Of a stretch of 64,000 bases of DNA, positions 39,470-50,721 are shown piece by piece. The notes below the pieces were generated by a model. That model did not search any database. It was not told the DNA's origin and saw only the letters and a list, made by a program, of their open reading frames with translations. How positions within the stretch are numbered: position 1 is the first letter of the stretch; the number at the start of each line of letters is the position of its first letter. A program made the position numbers and the translations under genes. Origin of the DNA: Lytechinus pictus (Eukaryota); contig NW_026974140.1 in the NCBI RefSeq assembly GCF_037042905.1, positions 1,614,001 through 1,678,000 on the forward strand, written 5' to 3'.

Positions 39470-40328
39470 TAGGCCCGTTTCGGGTACACGTGTACACGCA
39501 CGGTCAAGTCAGTGCACATGTACTAAATTCCATTACCGTGTACACGGTAGCATCTGCATAAAGCTTGCATGGGACTGTAAAGTCAGTGAACAAGCTCACA
39601 GCCTCACATTAATTCTTAATTCTCAGACACTGCACATGTTTTAATCACTAATATGTCAATATATTTCAATTAACCTAGAGTAAGTTTACTTCCAAAATCG
39701 CCGATTTAATCCACATTCATTCTGGAGACTCAAGTTTTTGTACCACGAAATGGGTCTGCTCCGGTCTCGAAAGCTCGAAAACGTTGTTCAATCACACTCA
39801 GAGCCAATTTGAGAATTATCAATTGCGACAGCGATCATTGCTACAGTTACGTGTTGATACGCTCGTACACATGTGCTACAAGCCTACGAAGAAACGCTCC
39901 TCAAATTGGCAATAAAATAATGAAAATCAATCGATAACTTCAGTTACACTTAATTCTGTAGCGATCTGTGCATGCATGTACGGTACAGTATGCAAAATGC
40001 GCATCCAACGAACGTCGGCGCTAGCTAGGGCCCTGCACTGATTTTCTTTTGCATTCTTTATTAATTTAATGCGCTGCTAAGCTGAGTAAACTTTTTAATT
40101 GCACCAATTTTTGTGGGTTGATACTTCTGACTTCTCAGGTAAGCTTTAAAACCGCGACTTAGGCTATATAGACCCCTTTTTATATTATATTGACATGTTG
40201 ATGCGGGTCCGTGTCAAAGTGTCGGAAACACTGAAAACATAACTCGCTCTCAGTGTTTACAACGTGTACACGACCGAAAAACACGCCGTGTACACGTGCA
40301 TCAAAAATTGACTTTCAAAACAGGCCTA
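39470..40328. mobile_element. hAT-like MITE
   Basis: 8-bp TSD gcagacag; TIR taggcccgttt / aaacaggccta. Confidence 0.88.
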
Positions 40329-40679
40329 GCAGACAGACAACAAATAATGGCAATGATTGCCTGCCATAGTGAATTTCTATAGGTCTGTCCCATCTAAGGG
40401 AATAATGAAAACAAAAGTACCTACATGTACTTGATTTTGAGACTAAGATTGACTCAATACAATTCATGGCAACACCATCCATATTTCAGAGCTGACAACC
40501 TTAATAGTAAAAATAATCATATTCTTTATATTTTCAAGCTTAAAATCAAATTTTTTCTTTTCAATTTTGAAAAACATAAAAAAAAATAATTCCTTTAAGT
40601 TTCAGAAATCCTTTTTCTCGAGGAAAAATCCTATTAAGGGTGACTTTCCCTTTAAAATTCCTACTAATTGGCAGTTCTG

Positions 40680-40824
40680 GGGCCCGTTGCAGAAGAGTTG
40701 CAATCAATCATAACTCTAAAAATCATGCGCAACTTGATTTTCAACCAATATACCGCACTCATTTGGGACTTGCGATTGATTTTTTTTGCTTGCGTTTAAA
40801 CGCAACTCTTTATGCAACGGGCCC
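40680..40824. mobile_element. PIF/Harbinger-like MITE
   Basis: CTG|gggcccgttgcagaagagttgc ... gcaactctttatgcaacgggccc|CTG (3-bp TSD). Confidence 0.8.
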
Positions 40825-40864
40825 CTGATATTTGAATGTATTAACTTTAAAAATGTCAACATAC

Positions 40865-40932
40865 CCTTCTTTCATGAAATCTGTTCTTGAAAACTCCTCA
40901 GGTCCAATTCTAAGCTGCAAAGCAGGTGATCC
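40865..40932 (-). CDS. AGK: AGK exon (68 bp)
   Basis: GSPALQLRIGPEEFSRTDFMKEG; AG/GT bounded and in phase. Confidence 0.88.
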
Positions 40933-41318
40933 CTACAAATAATCATTTAAAAAAGACAACAGGCCTTTACACTATTCAAGTAATAGTTTAAAGGGAGGAA
41001 ATGTGATTTTCCCCTGGCAATTATTACCCACACTCTATGGTCTGCCTTCTGCTGAGCATCAGAAAGTTTGACACTATCTAGACAATGATTTATGAGCTTC
41101 ATTGGTTGCCATGGCAATGCAGAGTGAAGTAAAAGATCTCCATGCTTACTTATGAAGTTACTGATAACCCATTTCCAAGCTACATTACTGCACTAGTCAA
41201 TGTATGTCAGCACTTTACACTAATATGTATTAATGGTCATTAACAATAATGGCAAATTATACATCTATATAAAACAAGACACAAGTACATGTACACCGAA
41301 AGAAAGCAGCAAACCTAC

Positions 41319-41419
41319 CTCTCGCTTGTTCCCACTGTTATCTGTCAAAACAGATAATTCCACTGCAGAAATATCCAATTCTTCCAATACCTCTTCTTCA
41401 TCATCATGTACTACAGGTT
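41319..41419 (-). CDS. AGK: AGK exon (101 bp)
   Basis: ttactctccag acceptor; (E)PVVHDDEEEVLEELDISAVELSVLTDNSGNKRE; gtaggt donor; in phase. Confidence 0.85.
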
Positions 41420-41420
41420 C

Positions 41421-44120
41421 TGGAGAGTAATAACAGTACGAAAAGTCATGGTTTATAGTAACATAACTCCATTATGGAGAGTAATAACAGTAAGAAAATT
41501 CATGGTTTATAGGAACATAACTCCATTATGGAGAGTAATAACAGTAAGAAAATTCATGGTTTATAGTAACATAACTCCATTATGGAGAGTAATAACAGTA
41601 TGAAAATTCATGGTTTATAGTAACATAACTCCATTATGGAGAGTAATAACAGTAAGAAAATTCATGGTTTATAGTAACATAACTCCATTATGGAGAGTAA
41701 TAACAGTAAGAAAATTCATGGTTTATAGGAACATAACTCCATTATGGAGAGTAATAACAGTAAGAAAATTCATGGTTTATAGTAACATAACTCCATTATG
41801 GAGAGTAATAACAGTAAGAAAATTCATGGTTTATAGTAACATAACTCCATTATGGAGAGTAATAACAGTAAGACAATTCATGGTTTATAGGAACATAACT
41901 CCATTATGGAGAGTAATAACAGTAAGAAAATTCATGGTTTATAGGAACATAACTCCATTATGGAGAGTAATAACAGTATGAAAATTCATGGTTTATAGTA
42001 ACATAACTCCATTATGGAGAGTAATAACAGTAAGAAAATTCATGGTTTATAGTAACATAACTCCATTATGGAGAGTAATAACAGTAAGAAAATTCATGGT
42101 TTATAGTAACATAACTCCATTATGGAGAGTAATAACAGTATGAAAATTCATGGTTTATAGGAACATAACTCCATTATGGAGAGTAATAACAGTAAGAAAA
42201 TTCATGGTTTATAGTAACATAACTCCATTATGGAGAGTAATAACAGTATGAAAATTCATGGTTTATAGTAACATAACTCCATTATGGAGAGTAATAACAG
42301 TAAGAAAATTCATGGTTTATAGGAACATAACTCCATTATGGAGAGTAATAACAGTATGAAAATTCATGGTTTATAGTAACATAACTCCATTATGGAGAGT
42401 AATAACAGTAAGAAAATTCATGGTTTATAGTAACATAACTCCATTATGGAGAGTAATAACAGTAAGAAAATTCATGGTTTATAGGAACATAACTCCATTA
42501 TGGAGAGTAATAACAGTATGAAAATTCATGGTTTATAGTAACATAACTCCATTATGGAGAGTAATAACAGTAAGAAAATTCATGGTTTATAGTAACATAA
42601 CTCCATTATGGAGAGTAATAACAGTAAGAAAATTCATGGTTTATAGTAACATAACTCCATTATGGAGAGTAATAACAGTATGAAAATTCATGGTTTATAG
42701 TAACATAACTCCATTATGGAGAGTAATAACAGTAAGAAAATTCATGGTTTATAGTAACATAACTCCATTATGGAGAGTAATAACAGTATGAAAATTCATG
42801 ATTTATAGTAACATAACTCCATTATGGAGAGTAATAACAGTAAGAAAATTCATGGTTTATAGTAACATAACTCCATTATGGAGAGTAATAACAGTAAGAA
42901 AATTCATGGTTTATAGTAACATAACTCCATTATGGAGAGTAATAACAGTATGAAAATTCATGGTTTATAGTAACATAACTCCATTATGGAGAGTAATAAC
43001 AGTATGAAAATTCATGGTTTATAGGAACATAACTCCATTATGGAGAGTAATAACAGTAAGAAAATTCATGGTTTATAGGAACATAACTCCATTATGGAGA
43101 GTAATAACAGTATGAAAATTCATGGTTTATAGGAACATAACTCCATTATGGAGAGTAATAACAGTAAGAAAATTCATGGTTTATAGTAACATAACTCCAT
43201 TATGGAGAGTAATAACAGTATGAAAATTCATGGTTTATAGGAACATAACTCCATTATGGAGAGTAATAACAGTATGAAAATTCATGGTTTATAGGAACAT
43301 AACTCCATTATGGAGAGTAATAACAGTATGAAAATTCATGGTTTATAGGAACATAACTCCATTATGGAGAGTAATAACAGTATGAAAATTCATGGTTTAT
43401 AGGAACATAACTCCATTATGGAGAGTAATAACAGTATGAAAATTCATGGTTTATAGTAACATAACTCCATTATGGAGAGTAATAACAGTATGAAAATTCA
43501 TGGTTTATAGGAACATAACTCCATTATGGAGAGTAATAACAGTATGAAAATTCATGGTTTATAGTAACATAACTCCATTATGGAGAGTAATAACAGTATG
43601 AAAATTCATGGTTTATAGGAACATAACTCCATTATGGAGAGTAATAACAGTATGAAAATTCATGGTTTATAGGAACATAACTCCATTATGGAGAGTAATA
43701 ACAGTAAGAAAATTCATGGTTTATAGGAACATAACTCCATTATGGAGAGTAATAACAGTATGAAAATTCATGGTTTATAGGAACATAACTCCATTATGGA
43801 GAGTAATAACAGTATGAAAATTCATGGTTTATAGTAACATAACTCCATTATGGAGAGTAATAACAGTATGAAAATTCATGGTTTATAGGAACATAACTCC
43901 ATTATGGAGAGTAATAACAGTATGAAAATTCATGGTTTATAGGAACATAACTCCATTATGGAGAGTAATAACAGTAAGAAAATTCATGGTTTATAGGAAC
44001 ATAACTCCATTATGGAGAGTAATAACAGTAAGAAAATTCATGGTTTATAGGAACATAACTCCATTATGGAGAGTAATAACAGTATGAAAATTCATGGTTT
44101 ATAGGAACATAACTCCATTA
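41421..44120. repeat. Minisatellite, exactly 50 x 54 bp, in an AGK intron
   Basis: Unit tggagagtaataacagta[a/t]gaaaattcatggtttatag[t/g]aacataactccatta; 2700 bp = 50 units. Confidence 0.98.
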
Positions 44121-44191
44121 TGACACTTTATTCTTCAAATTGGCAACTGCAATACAGGCATATAATTTTTTCCAGCGAATGTGATACTTAT

Positions 44192-44310
44192 AGCCTTTAC
44201 TATGGTGGTTCAGTGGTAAAGCCTTTGCCTCATGAACAAAACATGGGTTCAATTCCTAGCCAGGTCATGAATAAGGTTTTGAAACTCGGACTTTCTGCCT
44301 TTCCAAATGG
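44192..44310 (+). mobile_element. tRNA-derived SINE fragment
   Basis: tggtggttcagtggtaaagc ... gggttcaattcc. Confidence 0.55.
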
Positions 44311-44828
44311 TATCATTTTATAACAGGAAAACGGAAGTCATGTTAATGCAAGGTATGGCTACCCTGTTATTACAAGTTTAAAATAAGGAAAGCTTCAACA
44401 AACAATTTTGAATAAATTTTCATAGCTACGTCTGTTCAATTTTCCTCTTTTCATTCAACTCAACTTGTTGGGGGTGACCCTTGCCCTTTAACATTGTCCT
44501 ATGGAATGATCAAAAGCCATGTGCACATAACAGGTAAAAGGCACCAACCATTTCATGAAATGAATAAAATCTGTGGTTTTTATTGGCTAGGAAGCAGTTT
44601 TCTATGACCAACACTGTGGTAATTGTCACAGAACAGCACCTTGGCAGTCCTAATTTTGATTATGTAATGCTTTATGGTTCCCTTGAGAAGACTTCATGAA
44701 AAATGCTCTACAAGATTTATTACTCTTGGCCAATCACATAAAATTATTTCAACAGCTTTTAACAAATAATCACTTCATTATATGCTCCCCAAATATTCCA
44801 TAGAGACAAAAGACTGCAATAGACTAAC

Positions 44829-44961
44829 CTGGTTCTATACGCTTGGGCCAGAGTCTATTGAATAATCTTGTCCACCACCATAGCTTTTCTGGAATGACCT
44901 CTTCAGGGATCTCCTTTGGCTGACCATACGACACATGACCCTTGACCTGGGCTGGAAACTC
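44829..44961 (-). CDS. AGK: AGK exon (133 bp)
   Basis: EFPAQVKGHVSYGQPKEIPEEVIPEKLWWWTRLFNRLWPKRIEP; AG/GT bounded, phases 0 and 1 fit the neighbouring exons. Confidence 0.85.
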
Positions 44962-45692
44962 CTATCATGTTCATTTGGGGTATAAGTGTTATCTTCATTA
45001 AGAAATTTTCATGACGAAAAAAATGATTGGACAAAAGTTAAAATGAAAGTGATGTCTTTATGAAGATGAAGAATTACCATCTCCTTCATGCACCTATCTT
45101 TAGTTTTGGAAAAATCCCCCAAAAGTACATGTCAATATACCATTTCGTTGCTAGATTATATTAATACACATGCCCCAAAGCAGTTGTGGTGCACAGGATA
45201 CACATGTAAATTAAAAGTGTATTTTATTGGAGAAATTTACAGATTTTGTCATCAGAATTTATTTTGACCACGTGCCTGATCAAAACAGAATATCTGCATA
45301 AATTTGTCTTGTTTATATAAAGCACCTTTTCAAGCATGGAATGGGATGAAAATTTCATGATATGATCTTTGTCAGTAACTTTCTTATACCAAATTACTGA
45401 TTATGTGAAGTAAGTGCTCAAATAGCTATTTTGAAAAAAAAAAAACAAGCATTACTGAGAGAGGGCACTAGACTTAAATTCTAACAGCAGGGAAAAAGTC
45501 CATTCTTAAGTTCTGATGGGTAAAAAAACGAATTGAATGACTATGCTTTTGTAATGTTTGATGAAACTCAAGTATAGTTCACATTTAATACTGACACTTT
45601 ACCAATGCTTTACCAATGGGTTCATCTGGTTTATAGCACATCAATACACAGCAGTATATACAAATGTGTGACTCACAAATAAACCAGCTTAC

Positions 45693-45753
45693 CTTAGTTA
45701 ATCCTGCCCATAGATAGCTGAATCTATGTTTTAGTGGTCCAAAATACCAAAAT
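45693..45753 (-). CDS. AGK: AGK exon (61 bp)
   Basis: FWYFGPLKHRFSYLWAGLTK, compare human YWYLGPLK; gtaagc donor. Confidence 0.93.
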
Positions 45754-46540
45754 CTGCAACAAACAGAATAACAAAATTGAAGCAACTTTGGGATATACAG
45801 TATCACAAATGATATCAACTGTGATGGCAAGGATATGCAAGTTATTGGTGTCAGAAAAAATGCAATAAACAAAGCTCATATTTGTGGTTGATAACAGATA
45901 AGCTTACACAGCACAATGCAGACAAAATAAAACAAAAAACAAACCAGGAACATCATAATGTGCAATTAAATTTAAACTATTCTTGGCCACAGAGTAAATG
46001 AGTTTATAGAGGTGGGATTTTAAACAAAAAAGAAAAGATAATGATTCAAGATTTTGTATGTGCATTCATGTGCATGATTTTGAAATGTTCAGACAGGCAA
46101 GTTCAAACTTTGTTCCACATCAGAACATGATTTATATGCTATCATAATGCTAATCAGGAAGTGGGGGATGGCAGATTCCACCCCATTGAGATCTCGGTCA
46201 TCGACCGCAAGCTTGCGCTGAACATAGGCACACACGTCTCCCCAGACATCATCTACCAATTTCTGCAGTTAAATTTCTCTAAATGATTCATGAAGGAGGC
46301 TAGCTAATCCCCCCCCCCTCCTCCCCTTGAGATCTTGGCGATAGACCCCAAGCAAAAAATGAAGCGCAACTGTAACGCTTCAATAATCATTTTTTCAGAG
46401 ATATAAAATATCCTTCCATTTGATATAAAGTTCTGACACCTTGGGCTTTTCATTTGACAGGTAATAAAATCTTATTGCAACCATTGTACAAAAGTAAAGT
46501 TACTTTTTTTTTCCACAAGGACTGCGCAGATGAAACTTAC

Positions 46541-46623
46541 TTTGCGGCTTTTTCCTTGGCATCTTGTAACGGACCCCAGTGGATACTATTGACGGCATAA
46601 GACTTGCGTCCATGAGTTTCATC
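46541..46623 (-). CDS. AGK: AGK exon (83 bp)
   Basis: DETHGRKSYAVNSIHWGPLQDAKEKAAK; cccag acceptor, gtaagt donor. Confidence 0.9.
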
Positions 46624-46790
46624 CTGGGGATTCAGTTTGAAAGACATTGATTTATATGAATGTATGCATCCTCATTCCTGTCAATGGATGGAATCATTAT
46701 CGATATCATAATCTTTATCACAACTTATCATTGTTTACTTTTATCATCCTCCTCCTCACCCGCATGACAATAATGCTAGTCGCATTTACC

Positions 46791-46922
46791 CTACGGTGGC
46801 AGTATAGCAAGTCGAATTCAGCTGTTGTATTCATTTTTATTCAATCCACCTATTATATGTACATGTTGCTGGTACAAAAATGTTAAAACGGCTGTTTTCG
46901 ACTTGCCGTACAGCCGCCGTAG
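46791..46922. repeat. Short inverted repeat or MITE
   Basis: ctacggtggcagtatagcaagtcgaa / ttcgacttgccgtacagccgccgtag. Confidence 0.65.
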
Positions 46923-47369
46923 CACATATGACAGAGGGGTAAGCATCATCATAAGCAGGATCCAAATCTTCCTTGCAATCATCAAATCATTTTGATATCT
47001 ACATAATTTATCCCATGATTCTATATTCACCACTTTGATAACAATGTGTGTATTTGTTAATGAATGCAAGGCTGAAAAGGTTGCTCACTGATTCATCAGT
47101 TTTCCATTTGCTTCACCCATTTCACCAAAACTTAGAAAAAATGAAATCAGTACCTCTTTCATCACTTGTCTTCCAAGTTAATATATTCAGCCATGCATGG
47201 TGTCAGTGGTACAGGTAATGTAAATATAAGGAGTTTCTCTTGTATATTCTGGTAAATGTAAATTGTAATGTTCAATGATTCTTTCATATTAGCTGTCTGA
47301 ATCCAGTCTACCTTCATTTGTTATGCACTGTATATTAATCAAATCATTAATTTTCCACAGTAAAGTCAC

Positions 47370-47439
47370 CTGTATTGACATGACATCTACAAGTCTGGTT
47401 GAACCCTTGATGATTGCCATAGCTGAATTACACATCCAC
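47370..47439 (-). CDS. AGK: AGK exon (70 bp)
   Basis: WMCNSAMAIIKGSTRLVDVMSIQ; AG/GT bounded and in phase. Confidence 0.92.
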
Positions 47440-47574
47440 CTGAAAAAATAATAATACAAAAACAAATTACACACAAAAACATTACTCTTTCTACTTACAT
47501 TAATCATAATAAGTGTATATTTATATTGCACGATTTCTATGTGTATATACTCAACTGCATATTACAATATAGTT

Positions 47575-47770
47575 ATTATCATTACCCCAGCTTTAGCAGT
47601 GCTGCATCCAGGTGCTCATGCATTCAAATTTTTTTTTCTGGGTACCCATTCACCTCGCGTGGGTTGAGTGCAGCACAATGTTTTGCTGAAGGAAAACACA
47701 CCATGGCTTGGGATAGAACCCACGTCCCTCAGATTGAAAAATGAGTTATAATCGCTAGACCATGGCACCC
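47575..47770 (-). mobile_element. Degenerate tRNA-derived SINE
   Basis: Minus strand ggtgccatggtctagcg ... gtgggttctatccc. Confidence 0.5.
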
Positions 47771-47910
47771 CTATTGACATATACTGCAACGGAACTGCTC
47801 TGTTCTACACAAACTTTGTCATATTACTGACAACACTCTTGTTGAAAGTCCTTATGAATCAAGCCCTTCATGTTGAATTGGTCTGCTACATCAAATTTGC
47901 TAATGAAGAT

Positions 47911-48176
47911 TTGTCAAAACATCACAATTGTAAACAATGATCATTTTCTTGCTGTCTTTCTTTTCTCAGCTTCCTAATACAACTAAATCCAAAATCCAAG
48001 GTTTGTCAAAACATCACAATTGCACACAATTATCATTTTCTTGCTGTCTTTCTTTTCTTAGCTCCCAATACAACTAAATCCAAAATCCAAGGTTTGTCAA
48101 AACATCACAATTGCAAACAATTATCATTTGCTTAATGTCTTTTTTTTCTCAGCTTTCCAATACCACTTAATCCAAA
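47911..48176. repeat. About three copies of a 91-bp tandem repeat
   Basis: tttgtcaaaacatcacaattg recurs at 47911, 48002 and 48093. Confidence 0.9.
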
Positions 48177-48197
48177 ACACTGTCTAATGGTAAATAC

Positions 48198-48421
48198 CTG
48201 ACATCAGCCTCTGCCTCTGAATATAAAATCCTAGCTAAAGAATTTGTAGCTCCAACTGGTATAATACCCAATGTCCAGTTGGAACTGACCACTTTCTCAT
48301 CATCTCTTCTAAGGAGTCCAGTGATGACCTCAGCTACGGTACCATCTCCACCAGCAATGATAACAATGTCCGTCTTGACCAGTGATGCCGCTAAATCCTT
48401 CGCCTCTCCTTCCATTGAGGT
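48198..48421 (-). CDS. AGK: AGK exon (224 bp) with the GGDG ATP-binding motif
   Basis: TSMEGEAKDLAASLVKTDIVIIAGGDGTVAEVITGLLRRDDEKVVSSNWTLGIIPVGATNSLARILYSEAEADVR; AG/GT bounded. Confidence 0.96.
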
Positions 48422-49567
48422 CTGCAAACAACATCAGATGTAGAACTTCAAAAACACAATTCAAATAGGTATTTAACCTTAGAAAGAATGGATTTGTTTG
48501 ATGCCTAACAAGACCAGGGGATGAATCAGCCCCTCTCTCACGCAATCTTCGCCTTTGGCCACGCGATCATGACACACATTTGAATGCATGCAGGCCTTGG
48601 CATAATCTACAAAATGTAAAGCCATATTTTCTGAAAAAAATTAGAACTAATTAATTATGCTTATTCATTAATAAAAATCACAGGTTTGCACAAATAAACT
48701 ATAAAGCTTGAAACTGCTTAACATTTTTATTGACAGACTCTTTGTAAGATTCGGATAAAAGCACTTCAAAAATTTGGGATGAACTTTGATCATTTATTTT
48801 CCATTGTTTTTTAAATGAAGTATTCATTTGTTTTTCTACATTTTGTTTTTTTTTCTCAATGGAAATCATTGGCAACACTACTCAGATCATATTACAAAGA
48901 ATTTATTGAGTTTGATCAGTAAAAGCCGAAATAATCAACACAATATTTGTTGGATCTGTACTTTGAAACTGAAATAATTGCATGTGTTTTTAAGATTTTA
49001 ATTTTGATCGCAATTAAAAAATAAAAATCAAATAGTTTTGTAAGCAATTCATTAAAAAATATTTTCCATATCAGACTTGTTTTAAACAAATCAAAATTGG
49101 TTATCAAATGGGAAAGTTTTGAAAGTGTGAAAAGTCTAAATTTGCTTTCTATAATGAGCCCCAAATCGTCAATGCTGTTTCAAAATGGAAAATAAAGTGC
49201 AAAACTACGGTACAAATCTTGTACACACAATTTTAATTTCTTACCATTATAAAGATGTTGCTCGTTTGTGATTTCAACATATTTTTAGTCAAGGAGACAA
49301 ACTGCACTTTGAAAGGTCATGGAGAAAATATTAATATTTTGTAACAAAATAAATGCAGCATGCTTTAAAATGACTGCTAATCCATCAATTCAAAGAAACG
49401 TCACCATACAAAATTTACATTTTTCAAACTTTCAGAGCTTTCTCATCTTGTTACAGATGTCAGTGGAAGATTTTTCTAAACTGATTTTAGTTTATTTTCC
49501 CCCACTGAATAGAATTTCCCCCCTCTTTTTTTCAAAGACTTTTATATTGTGCCATTGAAAGTCATAC

Positions 49568-49643
49568 CTGTATGATTTCTACATCAATCCCAGCAAGATG
49601 AAGAAGAGGGGCAGCATTCTTCTGAAAGAGCTTCTTGGCTTTC
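49568..49643 (-). CDS. AGK: AGK exon (76 bp)
   Basis: AG/GT bounded; KAKKLFQKNAAPLLHLAGIDVEIIQ. Confidence 0.95.
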
Positions 49644-50721
49644 CTGAAAGCATACAAAATAGAACCTCTTGAGCAGCAGCAATTTATTTTCCTTGAGCAA
49701 GACACCAATCTATCTTTTACAACCAACGCACAAGGGGAAAATCAGTTTCTGAAATGAATGCAATTCTAGAAAGCTTCAGGGCCCTGTCTTACAGAGAGTC
49801 ATGACTGATCCGACCAACCTCAGGTATATGGAAATCCATCAATATCATAATTTTTTCTTTGGGAAATTTGTACAATGTCCTTTGAAAACAAAGAGAAGCA
49901 TACTGAATTGTCAAGAAAACAGTGAATGTACATGTATGTATATACATCATATATCTAGAAAATATTTTGAAAAATCTGTAATTTAGATGACGTTGCTGGC
50001 CCTCCATAGTTGTGGTTGATTGGATCGATCGTAACTCTAGGTACGAGTCGGGGTCCAGTTGTCTCACTGACAGATAGCTACATGTATAAGATAGTCAATT
50101 TAATAGCTCTATGAGTGTTGCATCAGAAATATTAGAAGGCAAATGTATTCAAGTTGTAAAGCACCACTGATTATACTAAAATTGTTGTGGTCTTGTGGAT
50201 AACTAATACACTGTATAGTCACACCTTTGCATGTTTGGCTTGCTTGTTACAGTGAGAAATGCATATTGACCAAATGCAGAAAAGTGCAATAGAGCAACCA
50301 GCATATAGGCCTTCAAAAGTAAGATGCTTGTTAGTTTCAAAACTGTTCAACCTGTCACACTGGTGGGCAACATAAAACAACATCTCTCAGAAAATCACAA
50401 AACTGCATTTCAGACACAACTTGTAGTGGTAAAAGCTGTTACAAAGCCCTTTACAAGTCCAGATTGAAGATCATTCACTTTACATACCAGCTACTCACAT
50501 GCTAGATATGCAATAGTGTGATTGCTAGCACTTTAACCATTACTAGGTACAGCAGTAGGCACAGAGAACAGCAACACACTGCTGTATACCTAAGATGTGA
50601 TTGACCCTGCTACTACTTTTCATTAGATCATTATGTACCAGTTAGAGTCTAGCCATTGCATTAATTTCCTCATATTAGATGACCATGCCATGTATCTTAT
50701 ATAGAAGTACATTTTTTGTAC

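Noticed and set aside
41406..44120. Repeat ORFs (MVYSNITPLWRVITVRKF)n, and the array as a possible CRISPR
   Set aside because: Head-to-tail units with no unique spacers and no cas genes; the A/T variant creates TGA in many units; antisense to an AGK intron
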